Position numbers and translations under genes: made by a program. From Microbotryum violaceum (taxonomy: Eukaryota): a DNA stretch of 64,000 nucleotides. Location of the stretch: positions 434,001 to 498,000 of the forward strand of contig CDLV01000012.1 of the NCBI GenBank assembly GCA_001244265.2. The letters run 5' to 3'. Positions 13,291 through 27,801 of the stretch are shown piece after piece. The notes below the pieces were generated by a model. That model saw only the letters and a program-made list of their open reading frames with translations, had not been told where the DNA came from and did not search any database. The stretch's first letter is position 1. Every line of letters starts with the position of its first letter.

Positions 13291-15094
13291 ATGGACAGCA
13301 AGACGGATGGCGGCGAATGGGACCACCTGCTCGAGAACGGCGCCGTCGCCTCGGACCTACCCAGTCGCGATCAAATCGCTTGGACCCAGCAGGAACGAGC
13401 CCAAGGCGCGTCGGCCGCGCGGGTCGGTGCCCCGTCGCCGGCGCAGACGTCTTCGCTGGGCCTGACGCGTCTGTGCAAACAGATCGGTGGTCCGCAGTTG
13501 ACTCGCACGCTCGCTTGGGGGACCCTGCTCGTGCTTGCTACGGTGGGATTCATGACATTGGTTGGGTTCGCCCATGGTTCGCTGAACTATGTCGATTATT
13601 CGTGGAGGGATATTCATCAGGCGGGGTGGTCGAGGATCCCGGCGCGGATCGATCTAGGCGCCGAGACGTCGATTCCGATTCAATACTCGGCTGCGGACTC
13701 TGCTGCCACTGCGCAAATCGACTCGGATTTATCGTCCTCCAACTGGAGGGCGGATCATGACCCGATTCGACAACAACAACAACAACAACACAGCGACACA
13801 CTTTGGAACACTCACGATCTTTCAAAGTCCTCGTCCGAACCAGACGCTCCGCTGACACCGCCCTCGACCTCGCAAGCCGCCACCGCCGCTTCGGACTTGC
13901 ACCTGCTCATTCTTACACCGCTATCGACTTCGTCGTCCGATTTGAACCATTATTTCGCCCTGCTCGACAAGATGGTCCATCCGCGGTGCAACACATCGCT
14001 CGGCTTCCTCGTCGCAGATGAGCAAGACGACACCGCTTCGAGATTACAGCAGATGCTGCTCGACCGACCTGGCTTCCGCGAAATCACCTTGATCAGGAAG
14101 GATTTCGGAATTGAAGGGCCGACGCGCGGCGCGCGACATCGCCGATGGTGGCAGCAGCAAAGAAGGTGAGCAGCAATCGCACGTGACCAAGCCGAGTTGA
14201 CTTCAGGAAAAAACACTGACGATATCCCTTAAATTCGTGTGTCCTTATTCCAGGGCAATCATGGCCAAAGCACGAACGGTGCTCCTCATGTCGGCGTTAA
14301 ACGCTTCGATCGATTGGGTGCTCTGGCTGGACTCCGACGTAGCCGAATACTCGCCTTCGCTCTTCGAAGATCTCCTCCTTTACGGCGGCACCGGTGTCGT
14401 CTTCCCCAACGACTCACAACACCGCGATCTCCCTCCCCTCCCATCCGAAGGTGACATCCCAGCCGATATCGTCGTCCCCAACATCTTTATCGACAAACAC
14501 TCCACCCTGGCCCCTTACGACCTTAACTCATGGGCCGAGACCACTCGCTCACGCCAACTCAAAGCCAACCTCAACCCATCGAAATTCATTTTCGAAGGCG
14601 GAGGAACGAATCTTCAACGAGCCCATCTCACAGATGCCTTCGTTCGACCCTCGAAGCCTGTTTCGACTTACACCGCGTCGCTGTACCCACATTACCGGCC
14701 TGAGGGTTGGGAAGAATCGGATCTGTACGATCGGAATTCCCCGGCGTTCGTCGGGAGAAGGATGGATTTGGACGGAGTAGGAGGTGTGGCTACGCTCGTT
14801 CGGGCCGACGCTCATCGCATGGGGGCCGTTTTCCCAGCTTTCTTGGTCGATCATCAGCTCGAGACCGAAGGGTTTGGAGGTGAGTGGCGTTCTCCGGCTT
14901 GAATGCGTGGAAACAGCCTTAATGATATCCATCCCTCATCACCTGCGCAGTCCTCGCCAAGGCTTTGGGCGCTCGCATCGTCGGTTTACCGAACTACATC
15001 GTCCTACACTGTGCGTGGCCGCACATCAGACCTACATGCACGCTCTATTGCGATGAGACTGACTCTTTTGCCTTTCTACACAGCCAATCATTGA
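13291..15094 (+). CDS. Anp1/Mnn9/Van1-family (GT62) Golgi mannosyltransferase, type II membrane protein
   Basis: N-terminal TM segment; LLILTPL, SLGFLVAD, ITLIRKDFG, RRAIMAKART, WVLWLDSDV (DxD), LDGVGGVATLVRADAHR and ETEGFG. Confidence 0.88.
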
Positions 15095-15476
15095 TCCCCA
15101 AGAACCCCCTCATTGTTTTTGTCTCTAACGAACCTTTTCCATTCCTCGTTGACATAGTCCCCCACCCCGGGCTTACAACGCTGTTTCCTTCCATTTGCTG
15201 TTTCCTTCCATTCTAGCAGTCCCCGCAACCGTCGTTTACAGCCCCTTATCGCACATTAGCCTCTAATACTATGTCGTTCAGTTGCTTCGAGAAGTCCAAT
15301 GTACGAATGTTCACTTCCATCGCCTCCCATCACAAAGCAGACTAGAAAGTTGAGAGATTTCAAGGCATAGCAGATACATTCACTATCTTACAACAAGATA
15401 AGGCGAGATAGAAGACACATAAAAAAAGTGGTGGTGGAGTTGATTGATATGAAAAGAAACATGTCACAAGAAAAGA

Positions 15477-17372
15477 TCAAAGGACGGTCCTCTTCCTTGA
15501 CGCCTGAACGAGCGTCGGTCGCCGTTCGATCTGTCCCTCCGCACCCGTCGTAGGATCCATCCCCATCTCACTGACTTTCTTCTGCACCTTGGGTCGTTCA
15601 ACTTTGATCGGTTCAACCGACACGACATCCCCTTCATCTTCCTCATGCTCCGCGAACCCATCGGACCCTTCCTCGCTGTCCGTCTTCTCAATCTTCTTCG
15701 CTTGATCTTGCAACAACCTCTTTTCGACGTCGGCGGCATCGATCATCGGCGGTCCATGGCGCTTGAGTTCTATTTCGCTCTTGTTTCTTCTCGGCACTTG
15801 CCCATGGGCACCTTCTTCGTCCTCTTCGTGGATCGTCGGATCCAGAGGCAATTGCAAAGGGGTCTTGGTGCCCGACATAGGCGAAGGGGGACGAGATTTG
15901 GCCGTGCGCAACCAAGGGTGTTGTAAAGCCTGTAACGCCGTCATGCGTTTGGTGGGGTCGACTTCGAGTAACTTGCGGACGAAATCTTTGGCTTGCGCCG
16001 AGACGGGTCTCCATACGGACGGGAAATAGAGTTCGGTCGTTCGTGCTTCGTGCGCGAGGGCTCGAGGCTCGGTCGCTTTGTAGGGGAATCGACCGCCCAT
16101 CATGGCAAAGACGACGACGCTGCAGGGTTTAAGGTGGTATAGTCGAATTAGTTCAAGTCATGAGAATCGATCAAGTTGATGAGGCTTACCCTAATGACCA
16201 GCAATCGGCGGCGAGGCCATAGCCTTCTTCGGAGTACATCTCGGGTGCCGAGTAGCCTGCGCTACCGGCGATGGTGTGCAGCCGCTCGTTCGGGTTCACG
16301 ACGGTCGCGAGGCCAAAATCGGACAGGACGCAATCGTCGTGCCCTGCGCCATTGTGACCTGGCGGATCTCGGTACAGAACCTGAATGAAAGGCAGAAGGG
16401 TGATGATCCCGTAGTCAGCATTAGGCATCGGAGGGCTTCATTACGCAAAGGGGAGCTTGCTTCGACAGCGGCCGGCGGCGATCGGTGACGTACATTCTCG
16501 GGCTTGATGTCTCGGTGAAGCACGTTGTGCGAAGCCAGGTACGCGACGGCGTCCTAGTCGAATCGATGATGTTCATTAGCCTTGGCGATCATGCCAAATT
16601 TAAGAATTCTTCTCTGCGAGTGGACCACACTCACACATAGCGCGTAGGCAACCTCTTTAGCCTCGTCCTCGTCGAAGCGGCCGGCTTCGATAAGATGATC
16701 AAACAGCTCTCCGCCTGCAGCGAGCTCGAATACGAGGTACATCTTCTCCTTTGACTCGAACCATTCGAATAATTTGACGATATGAGGGTGACTGTATGGG
16801 GAAGATGGGCGAGTAGTGAGGGTCAGCCCACTTTGAATGCTGGGCCCCAAGTCTAGAGCCCCCGGGAAGGATGGAGATGACCCACTCTAATTTCTTGAGA
16901 TCGTCCTGACGTTTCACTTGGATCTTGACGTCAGGTATCTTGCTCTTGAGAATGATCTTGATGGCGACCTGTCTGCCCGTCGCGAGTTCGGTCGCTTGCT
17001 TCACCTCGCCGAAGCCCCCGCTGCCAGGATAAACGACATGTTAGTGTCAGGGAAAATGAAAACAGAGTGGATGCTGACTACTCACGTTCCAAGATGGGCG
17101 CCAATCTTGTAGGCCTTCTTGCGCTTACTGTACGCGGATTGACCCAGACGGTCAGCCAAGCGCCCTCGACAAATGCGACAAATTCAGCCTCGTGGCCTCC
17201 GGAAACCGAGCGGAGCGAGCGGTGGTCGGCCGAAAAAACCACCAAAACCACCGGCGTCAGTCTCGGTGAGGAGGAAAACTCACTGTGAGGAAGGTTGCAG
17301 GTGGAAGAGGGAGCTCATCTTGTCGTTGAGTGTGTCGCCGATCGTCGTAGTCGAGGGCGAGGGGTGGGACAT
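15477..17372 (-). CDS. CAMK-group (Cmk1-like) Ser/Thr protein kinase
   Basis: LGTGGFGEVK, VAIK, HPHIVK, ELAAGGELFD, HRDIKPEN, SDFGLA, GSAGYSAPE and ADCWSLG across several exons. Confidence 0.9.
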
Positions 17373-17775
17373 GATGCAGGCGTTTCGTTGTTGGCCGGAT
17401 CCCGCGGAAATCAAAATGAAAGAGTGTGTCGAGAGGTGAAGGAGTAGCTTGAGTTCGTTTTCAGGCTCAAGCACACGTCGGCATTCGGCGCTGTGAGAGC
17501 AGAAGCGCGAGGCCTTTGCGAGCCTCGCCTGAGTCGCCTCGGCACATGTCAGCATCAAGCCCGGTCACTTCCGAGCCAAGATATGGCAAGCGGGTGTCAG
17601 CTGGCAATTGAAACGCTGGAAGTCAGTAATAGCCGTACTGATGCAAGTTGGTCAGCTTTTCGTAGCCTAGACTCACGCTTGGTCATCGAAGAGCGAACTA
17701 CTTTTTGAGAGCCCCCTCGTCTTTGTCACAAGGCGATCAAGCTTTTCGAAGCAATTAGGTAACTAAAAGCTGGAA

Positions 17776-19079
17776 ATGGGCACCCGGGCGACCGGGCAAC
17801 GGCTGCCAACGACGTCACTTCGCAGACGCGCCAGCTTGAGCCGCGCCGTGCCAGGAGCGCGCCGTTGCCCCACCTCCACTTCGATCCGTGACGAGTCACG
17901 ACACCCAGATCGGCCCTCCCCACATCCCCACAAACACCTTCGCATCACCATAGTCCACGCAGCATTGAAGAAAGGGAATTCAGCCGTCATCACTGGAGCA
18001 GCCTACGGTGGGATCGGTTACGCGATCGCCGCCCTCTGCCTGCAACGCTACGGCATGCGAGTTCTCCTCGCGGACGTCTCCACCTCAGCTCTAGACCGTG
18101 CTTACCAAGGCTTGATCAAAGCTGGAATCCCCGAAGATAGATTCATAATTCATTCGTGTGATGTTTCGGACTTTAGGGAAGGCTCAAGTTAGCCGAGGTC
18201 GCGTACGCTTCGTTCGGCAAGGTCGATTTTTTGGTCCTCAATGCTGGGGTGCAGATGCCGACCAAGGACTACTCGGACGATCCCAAGATGAGTATGGAGG
18301 CTTGGGACAAGACCTTGAGTGTAGGGATGCTCTTCTCGTATTTGCTCAACTGTAACTCGATAAGTCAGCTGACGAGCTCGGGCCGATCCGATGACCGAAC
18401 AAACAGGTCAACCTTTTCGGTATGCTCCACGGTACCCAAGCTTTTGTTGATCGCATGATCAAACAAGACTCGCCCGCGGCAGTCGTCGTGACCGGATCCA
18501 AGCAAGGCATCACCCAACCTCCCGGGAACCCAGCTTACAACGTGTCCAAGTCGGGTCAGTTATGTGTTCTGTTTCAGCTAAGAGGAAGGGCCACCAGCGC
18601 TGACCCTGCGGCTTTTGAACGTCAGCCGTCAAATCTCTCACCGAAGCGCTTTCCCATTCCCTCCTTTCGACGCAATGCACGGCCCACCTCCTCGTCCCAG
18701 GATACACCTGGACCAAGCTCACGACCAATGACACAATTCTCGACGAAGGCGCGGAGAAGCCCAAAGCGGCATGGACGGCCGATCAAGTCGGCGAGCAAAT
18801 TTTCGATCGCATCGAGAATGACTTTTACATCATCTGCCCTGATAGTACGTCACCAAGTCTTCGAAAACCCTCTACTTGCTCTCTCTTCTCTGTTCCGAGC
18901 TTGATATAGGAAATTGCTTGGTTTGTGCAGATGACGTGACATGGGAGCTCGACCAGGCTCGCATGCGATGGAACTTTGATGACATCCTCGAGAAGCGTCC
19001 CGCTCTTTCGCGTTGGCACCCCGAGTTCAAGGAGGCGTTTGCCAAGCACATCGAGCAGAGCACGGCGGGCAAGAGGTAA
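17776..19079 (+). CDS. Short-chain dehydrogenase/reductase; apparent 1-nt frameshift near 18181; start uncertain
   Basis: AVITGAAYGGIG, CDVSD, FGKVDFLVLNAG and TGSKQGITQPPGNPAYNVSKS (YxxxK). Confidence 0.85.
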
Positions 19080-19380
19080 GGTGACCAGTCTGATTAATGG
19101 TGGAGGAGAAGGCGGCGCGTGGGCGGCCATGCCATTCGAATTCAGGAAGAGGGCTTTCAGGTTGTGCTGCATGCATTGCGAATGGAATGTGATGTACTTT
19201 ATAAAGAAAGATAAAGCAAGTAGAGGTGTGACACGTAACGAGTTCGAAATGCAAGCTGCGAGAGAGAAGAGAAGGCAAATTTTGCGAAGAAAGGTACTGA
19301 AGTAGATCCAGGAGGCACAACGAAGTTCACACACAATCGTATGGAGAGGAAGGAATGCATATCACTCTCCGGGAGATTCA

Positions 19381-22300
19381 TCATCTCGCAGGACTAGCCC
19401 CAAAGAACGAGCTCGGGCGAGCAAAGAAGCCGCTCGTGGCTTTGGCGAGCGAACTCGACGAATCGACGCGAGCGGGACCCATAGCTGCCCCGGCAGCGCC
19501 TCCGCCTCGCAAAGGTTTGGCGATCCGGCCGAAGCTGAGCGAGCTGTTGAGCGTGGGCTGCTGTTGTTGCTGTTCTGAAGACCGAAAAAGTGGCGGAAAC
19601 GCCTCAGCTTTCTTGTTCGCGAGCGCAAGACGGGAGACAATAGGCAGGTACAAGGGTTTACCTTTGGCGTGATCGAGACGTGCCCGCACGAGCCTCAGCT
19701 TTTCCTCGAACTTGTCCGACTCGAGCGCGACCTTGTCCTTGGCCTCTTGCAAAGCGACTTCAAGATTCCGGATGTGCTCGTTACGCGCGATGAGCTTGCG
19801 TTCGGCGACGGCGCAGCCCTTCTTGAGGAGCGAGTTTTGTTCGACGAGCTCCTTTTGCACAGCGGTTAATTGATCGAGGTTGCGCGTGAGGAAGTCCATC
19901 TTGCGTTGTTGGATCTTGCTGTTCGAGTTTTTGAGTACATTCTTGTACTGTTCCTGCGTCTCGTCCAGCGAAATTTCGAGTTCGACGACCTGAAAGGGGT
20001 AGAAAGTTGGAGAATGCATCGATCAGTCTATGGGCGATTTCAGAACTACGAGAACTCGAGTTGCTCACCCTCTCGCATCGATTCTGCAAGTCCTTCATCA
20101 GGTTCTTCTTCATCGTATCGAACTCGGCCAATTGCGCCGCCATCGACTTGCGCACCCTCTCCATATCCTTGGCGCTCTCGGCCAAGCTCTGCCCACCTTC
20201 GATCCCAGCAGCCGTGATCTTGAACGCTCGTTCGAGCTCGGCATTCGCACTCCTCAGCGACTCGGTCGAAGCAGTGAGTGTCTTGACCTCGTTCGACTTC
20301 AGTTCGAGCTGTTGGCGCAGGTCAGAAGCATCGTGCACGGCCGCTTCAAGCTTCATCGCGTACTGCGTCTCGAGCTTATGCTTGATCTCCTGGACGTCCG
20401 CCTCGGCACCTCGCTCGTCCTCGATCAGGGACTTGTCGAGCAGTTCTTCGTACTCCGCTTCGAGGCCGGCTAAGCGCGCTTCGAGCTCGTCCTTGCGCCG
20501 TGTCAAGATCTCGTTCTCTTCTTGCGTTCGCTTCGATCGCTCCTGGTGTTCTCGCACAAGCGAGTGGCTGTCTTCCAACTGGCGCCGCAGAGTCGTCAGA
20601 TCCTCTGCTGACAAAGGCTGTTCTGCAGTCGACGCCTCGTCGAGTCGAGCCAACGAAGCTCGGATCTCGGCTTCCTTCTCCGACATTCCCCCCGCCTCGA
20701 GACCGGCCATCATCGCCGCCATCTTCTCGGCCTTCTTCTTGTCCTTGCCCTCCTGTGTCGCGCTCTTCTGCGTCACCTTGAGTTCGCTCATCGTTTTCTG
20801 TAGATGATATCTCTTTCTGCTCAGTCATCGCACTCGCGTCGACCTGTTGAAGAAACCTTTTCCTTACCTTGAGCTCCTCCAACTCGGCAGACAATTCGGC
20901 ATTCTGGTCCTTGAGCGAGTCGGTCGTGATCGCACCTTCCTTGCTCTCGTATACAAGACGTTCGACTTGTAGCCTCAAGTCCGAAAGTTCACTCGCCATC
21001 GACTTGTTCTCGTTCGCGGCAAGGGTCTCTTGTTCCTTGAGCGTCGACAATTCGTCGCGCAGCTCGCCGATCAGTTTCTCTTGCGATGAGAGTTGCGATT
21101 CCTATGGGCACCAAATTAAAGAGTCGATATTAGCTTCCATGCGGCGGACACTCGTCCCATAGCTCAAGCAAGCCCTCACCGTCTTGGCCAATAGATCTCC
21201 CAATTCATTCTCCCTCCTCAAAAAGTCGTCCCTTTCATCCTGGCCCAACGGTGTCATCGGCCGACTGATGTCCCCCTCCGCCAAGCTACCAACCCTATCC
21301 AAAGCCGGCAATCTCGGTGTCGGTGTGACCTTGCCCGACAAGGTCCCTGTCCCCGCCGGACTGATGGCTCTTCCTCCTCCCCCAACCAATTTCTCCAATT
21401 CACCTGCGCCCAATCCCAGTGCCTTCTCCATACTGGCCCATGCATCCTCATCGACTTTGCCTCCACTTCTCCATACATTGATCTCAGCTTCCAACAAAGC
21501 GATGTACGCTCCCGCATTGGCCGTATCCCTCTGCGCCTTCTTGAGCAATTGCTTCAGTTCAGCGGGTGACAACTCGGCGTTGACTCGGGCCTTGTTCTTG
21601 ATCGACTTGGCCCGCATACCGAAGCGTAAGGTCGAGATCGTCTCGTCTTGGTTGTACGCCGAGGGGGAACAGTTGATGATGAGCGTGGTGCGCGAGTTAC
21701 CACCGAGCGATTCTTGTAGGATACGCGTCAGTTTCGAGTCGCGATAAGGGACGTGGGACGACTGCGCGCAACATATCACAAAGATCGTGTCAACTTGAAA
21801 CCCCTTACCGATTTCACCTTTGAGGGAACGAGCTGACGCACCTTTCCATCCGTGAGGGCATTGATGACCATCCCGAGCGCACTCAAACTCTTGTTGATCT
21901 TCTTAGCCTCTTCCAGCGTCTGGCCCGAAGCACCGGTCTTGCCCACTTTCTCACTACCCGCCAAATCAACGAGGTACAACGTTCCGGTCTTTTGCGTCCC
22001 CGATTCGACGTTCCTCGCTTGGATGGTGATGACGAAGACGGAGTGAGATCGCGATGATTCGGCGTTCATGTTCGTTGATGAGACGGCGCGGGCATTACCA
22101 CCTTGTCGCATGACTTCGAATACTTCGGCCGAGTTAGAGACGTAGAAATCAGCGAGACCTTTGACGTAGACACCGTGCGCCTTGTCCTCGTGGATTGGAA
22201 GGTTGTCATTTTGGGCTGGCAGAGATCCAAATGCAACTAGTCAGATGACAGATGACGCGATCCAAGAGCCCATAAAAGTTCATTCCAGTACTCACGGGCC

Positions 22301-23413
22301 AATAGATCTCGAATGCGCTCCATGTAGATTTCCATATACGAGACCTTGACCAAGTACTCGATGTTGCCCGGCGAGGCCATAATGCTCTGAAAGATCTGTT
22401 CGGTGATGCGCGGGATGATACCTTTCATGTCGTCGTTGTCAATGTCGGGTCCCTGTGAATAACCCATAAATAACTTGAGAGCTGATTCCTCCAATTGATC
22501 TAGCTTGGCCTCGGGACCCACCATCATGGTATGGGACTTGCCCGAACCCGTTTGACCGTAGGCAAAGACCGTCCCGTTGTAACCGTCCATGACATCTGGG
22601 CAAAGGGACATAACTTGTCAGTAATCCACCCACAGTCACATGGCCGAGATGGAGTCTTTCAACGGCCCCCGGTTCTTCGCTAAGACCCAGAGGTATGATC
22701 AGACGTAAACGAAAAACACAGAAGTCGAGTTCCGCCGATTCCGGGAAGAATACAACCCCATGCCATCGCCCTAAACTCTTTGACTTCTCCGCTCGACAAT
22801 CAAGTCACTCGGAGGTTGGTGGTGTAAAGGAGTCATCATCAAAAAGCCGGGGTCCTCGCTTTCGAAGGTCGACGCTTCGGGTCCTTTGTCTCTGCGGAAA
22901 CTCGTACCGTGCACGGTCCCTCCCCAACTTCCCGAGACACGATGCGCTCAAAAATCCAGGTAAGCAGAAAGAACACTGACCATCGACGATACTCTTGACG
23001 CCATACTCAAACACCTCGACCTGCTTGGTATCCATCTGGAACGCGCGGTCGAAAGTGAAGCCTTGGGCATCTGCACCACTCAAGCCTTTGATCTTGACAT
23101 TCGTTCCTTCCTCGTCAATCACGATGATGGAATCGCCACCCGTTTCACGGAGTTCGAGAGCATTGGGTGGTCGGAACCTAGGGTGTGGCGTACAGGAACG
23201 CAGAGAGGGATTGGAAGGTCTTAGCAAGGTTGCTGCGACACGACGAGGCGCGTGGCAGTGCCGCTTCCCAGAGCATCCCCCCGCCGTTGAGCGGCATGTT
23301 TGGGCAATGGCTTACCGACAGACGACTTTGATGTTGTTCGACTGTTGGAGCGCAAAGATGAGGGTCTTCAATACCAGGTCGAGAATGTATGGTTAGCCCG
23401 GCCTACGCACCAT
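19381..23413 (-). CDS. Kinesin-1 (conventional kinesin heavy chain)
   Basis: [68 protein letters not shown], coiled coil and tail [10 protein letters not shown]; first coding exon is the ATG alone (23413-23411). Confidence 0.95.
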
Positions 23414-24121
23414 GATGGGCTACACTGCCACTGCGAGTCGGACGCTCAGGGTTGAGCGACAGGAGACCTCAAGGCCTGAGAGAGTGGGCACGCGCGAGCA
23501 GGAGCTGGGCTGGCCAGTCGAGCGTGTACCGTCAAAAGTGGTTCGTGTATGCCAGATGGTGAACAGCAGCCGCCAGTTGCAACGGCAAAGGCGGCAGCTT
23601 GTGGACTCGGGAGACTGTGCGGGGGTCGGTGGGTTGGAGCGCCGCGTGTCCACCACCGAACTGACCCGTGCACTAAGTTAAAAGTTGAAAGTTGAGGAAG
23701 GTGAGAAGAACGAGGTCGAAGCACCAAAACAATCAACAACAACAAACGACGACCGAACTGAGTCGATTCGAGTCCGAGTTACAGCAAAGGGCTGTTGATC
23801 GAGCTTGTGCTTGAAGAGGAGTGATAGAGGGAGCGCTACAGCGAACAACGTCGACGTCGAAAGGGAGAAAGAGCTCTGCAAGCTTGCGTGCGTTAGAGCT
23901 TCCCCTCCTGAAAGCCGAATTCATTAGAACTCGATAATAGGATTTTGGCCTTCCCCTCAGTATATAATTATGCTGTCAATGAAGTCTATCAAATTAAAAT
24001 TAAAAATGAGACGGACGTATTACAATGTCACATTTTTGAAAGGAAAGTCCTACACCAACAAAACAAAAATTCGAAAAATCCGTACTCTTGTTCTCGACAA
24101 ATAAAGAAGAACGAGCCTCCT

Positions 24122-27100
24122 TCACCCCTCAACGACCTCGTTCGCCCTCGCGACCGTTCGCCTCAGCGCGTCCCACACCCCGCCCTTGAGCGACTCCTTG
24201 ACCGGCTCCGAGCTGAGCGCCTCTTGCACACCCTTCAAAGGACCCACAACGACGAGCTTGAGTTTATCAATCTTGTCCGATTCAATTCGAGCCACTTCGG
24301 ATCCTCGTAAGGTCGTGATGAGTAGCGCACACAGATTGCCGATCATCTCGGGTCGCACAGTCGAAGCGAGCACGTCGGCAGACGAGGTCGGTTTGAGTGG
24401 TGCGCTCAGCGCTTCGTACTTGTCGGGATTGGAATAGAGGGATAACCATCCGGCGGCCATGAGAGCGGCGCTGAAAGGGTCGCCTGCGTCGGTGAGCGCA
24501 AGCGACTGCTTTCGGCTGGGCGAGAGAGGAGAAGTGGGCGAAACGACTGCCGAAAGATCGGCGTTCGTCTGCGCTGGAGGGGCGTGAACGGTCGTCAGAG
24601 ACTCGAGAACGAGCTTGGCTACAGGGTAAAGTCACCAGAGGACGGTCAGTCAATTGACTCGAGCGATCCCAGCTCCGACGCGGACGCACCTCCAGCCCCA
24701 CCGGATCCAGCGACGAGCGTCAAAGCGACGACCGCCTCATTGATCAGCATCGGGTACTTCTCACTCAATCGAACCATCTCCGTCAAAGCCTCAACCACAT
24801 CCTTTCTCAAGACCCTCGGCCTCCCCCTCCGCTTCAAGCTCTCCTCCGTATCAACACCACCGGCGTTCCCACCACTCGAAGGCAGTCCACTGTGGTTGCT
24901 CTGATTCATCGAAGGGGTGATGGGTGATGCCGCAGCGAGATTCGAAGGGTCCGAGTTGACCCTGGTCGAGAACAATGATCGAACGACGTTGGCCAAGACC
25001 CGCGTTGCCTCGGAGCGCAGTCGAACATTATCAGTTCGCCTGATGCTCGCGACCAACAGATCCAAAGCACTCGGAGGGGTAGGCAACGCCGGTTGTGATA
25101 CAGCTTCACCCCCATTACTAGGTGACGGGACACTCGAAGGTGTCGAAGATGCAGGAGCGCCCAACAGCCGAAGCGAGTTGTAGACGTTGGAAGCAGTGAG
25201 GTGCTTGAGCAGACCGACGACAGCGTTTTGCAACGGCGCGACGAAGTCGAGGGTAGGCACGAGCAGCATAGATACGATGGTGATGATGCCCGTCTCGCCG
25301 ATGATCGACTTGTTGGAAACTGCTAGCGCAAGAATAACGTCAACAAGGCGCCCCGTCGAGCGTGCGCGCGCTTCCTGCACCCACCTGGGATCGACAAATG
25401 TCGCAATAGGGAGATGACCCCGAACAAGACCTGTGTGACTTCACCGCCCGGTTTTGAAGATTCCTTCTGAAACTGCTGCATAGCTTTTCGCCTCGCGATC
25501 TGGGCCAAGGGGGCGGCGAGACCGTACGTCTGGACGAGGACGACGCAGTGCTCGTCTGAGGTAGATGCAGAGTCTTAGCACGCAGAAGTAAGCGACCACG
25601 AAATCCTTGAGAAAAGGACGAACCTTTTCGCCCTATAGCCGCCAACATATGACTCGCGCAGACCAGCAAATCGTCCCTCTCGCCCGTCTGGCCCAAGTCC
25701 AACCACCCGATCAATCGCTTCACGAGCCACTCCTGGCGCATGAAGTCGAGCATGACCTCGTCATCATTCGGAGCCTCAACGACCGCTCTGACGACAGCAG
25801 CTTTGACCATCGCAAACGCCTTCTCGACATTGACTCGCTCCGTTCCCGCAATCGTAAGCCACGCGTCAGGCAGTCGAGCCGACTCGATGAAATCGAAGGT
25901 GAGGGGGAGCAGGGGCTGCTCAGGCACATAGTCGGCAAAGGCGAGCTGCTTCTTGACCGCGACCAAGTCGATCGAGATCGCTTCGAGCAACGCGGCTACG
26001 TGGGTGAGCAACTCGATATCAGAATCGACAAAGTCGGACGACTCTTCGGCCTCCCAGATGTAGTACGGTGGGACCTTGGAGTCGGTGGGTGGGAGGGAGT
26101 TGACAATGGAGAAGAGAGCCGCCGTCGCTTCGGGCGGAAACGAGTTCTTGTCTGCAGATACGAATGTCACCTGAACATCAGTGCGGATGTATGAGACCCT
26201 GACAGAGACTTTGTAAACGCACCGTCTGCCAGCACATCCTCCAAGATGCTCATGACCCAGCCCGCGATCGTCGAGCCCAACTCAATTCGCTCCGTCCACT
26301 CGTCCTCATCGGTTTGACCGGGGTTGAGCATCCACGAGCCGACGACGTAGATGGGTGCAATCGCTCGATCGGGCGTATTTCGGGTGTCGATGATCGCAAG
26401 AAGGGTGGTCACAGCAGCAGGAGAAGACAACGCCTTGCGGATGGGGTCTGATTCGACAAGGAACAGAGAATGATCAGCGACAGGTCGGCGATCCGTACCG
26501 TGAGCATCAAGCACCGGCACACACCATATCTGAGCGAGGCATTCAACAGAGCTCCAATGGCTGCGCGGACAAACTTGAGCTCTGCCGTGCTGAGTGGTCT
26601 GGTTTTCCCTGCCGAGACCTGCGTGACTTTTGAAGACGAGGTCGACGAGGTGGGAGGGGCAATCTCAAAGAGGTTGGCGAGCAGCTCCAGGATCGACTCG
26701 GGACCTGCTCCGGAATGAGTTTGAGCGCGATTGGGGTCTGTCCATGTGGATACGAGGATCAGCGCATTTGCTCAACCACGGACATTCCAGTTCGGGCCGA
26801 GGACTGACCGTTGTCGAAACACATGTTGCCGATCAATCTGAGCAACTCGGTTCTTGCCGCAAGCACGTCCTCGCCATTCGGGGCATCTACTGTCGTTTTG
26901 AGCAGTGATGTGGCGCTCTTGACCAAGGAGGTGTTTCCCAACGTCGTTCGCAGCTCGGCTGTGGAGGAGAAGGGAGGTGACGGTTCAGCCTTAGAGGGAG
27001 GTCCATGCGCAGCGGTCGAAGTCGAGTTTGAGGTTGGATCCGACTGTGTGGGAGCTCAGTACTGACGTGTTTTGAGGGAATCCGCGATCGCCTTGGCATG

Positions 27101-27445
27101 GTTTGCCACGTCGCTCCACTGAGTGGTCGTGGTGCTGGAGGCGGTGGGGTCGGCTAAACGCTCAAGCTGGTCGATGGCTGGCGAGAGCTGGGGTGGGATC
27201 GCAGCCGCTGCAGCTGCGCGAGGCGCAACGAGGTCAGCGATATGTTCACACAATCCAACTGAACGAGACGCTGTTTAGGGTGGTGGTGGTGGGGAGGTGC
27301 TGCATGGCCCACAGACTGCAGACATGCGAGTCGCTTTGGCAGCAGCAGCAGCCGCCCTTGCCTCCCCGGGCCGGGATGGACTATGGGCATAAGGAGACGC
27401 ACCTGTTCCAATCTCGGTCATCTCTGGCTCGTTCTCGGTCGACAT
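24122..27445 (-). CDS. ARM-repeat protein, SmgGDS/Rap1GDS1-like GTPase dissociation stimulator
   Basis: ELLRLIGNMCFDN, VISLLRHLSIP, AVVGLLKHL and RSEATRVLANVVRSL; exon 1 MSTENEPEMTEIGT is followed by a GTGCGT donor. Confidence 0.7.
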
Positions 27446-27801
27446 AGCGTAGTACGCCTTGGGTTCAGAAGAGTGAGTGCGGTAGCTGCGGTTCACACGA
27501 TCGGGAGTGAGCGCAGTCAAGGGTCCGAGCTTTCTGGCCTGCCTGCCCTGAACGGGTCGTCCAAATATTAGGTCCAAATCGGGGTACGGGGCCTTACCGG
27601 GCCTTACGGGGCGTTCTCCGCGCCCATTAGTCCGGCGATTTGTAATCGGCGCTACCTCGATCAGTTGAGGCCCAACAGTGATCGACGCTTCTGGTGTGAG
27701 GAGCATCATCGAGAACGACCAAATAACCGGACTGTCTGGGCTTCCTTTGCTCCTGAACACGTGTCGCACCATTAGCCTCCACCCTCCCAAGGCTGGACAC
27801 C

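Noticed and set aside
20007-21747. Long antisense ORFs over kinesin and other genes
   Set aside because: Shadow ORFs of GC-rich coding sequence with no recognisable motifs
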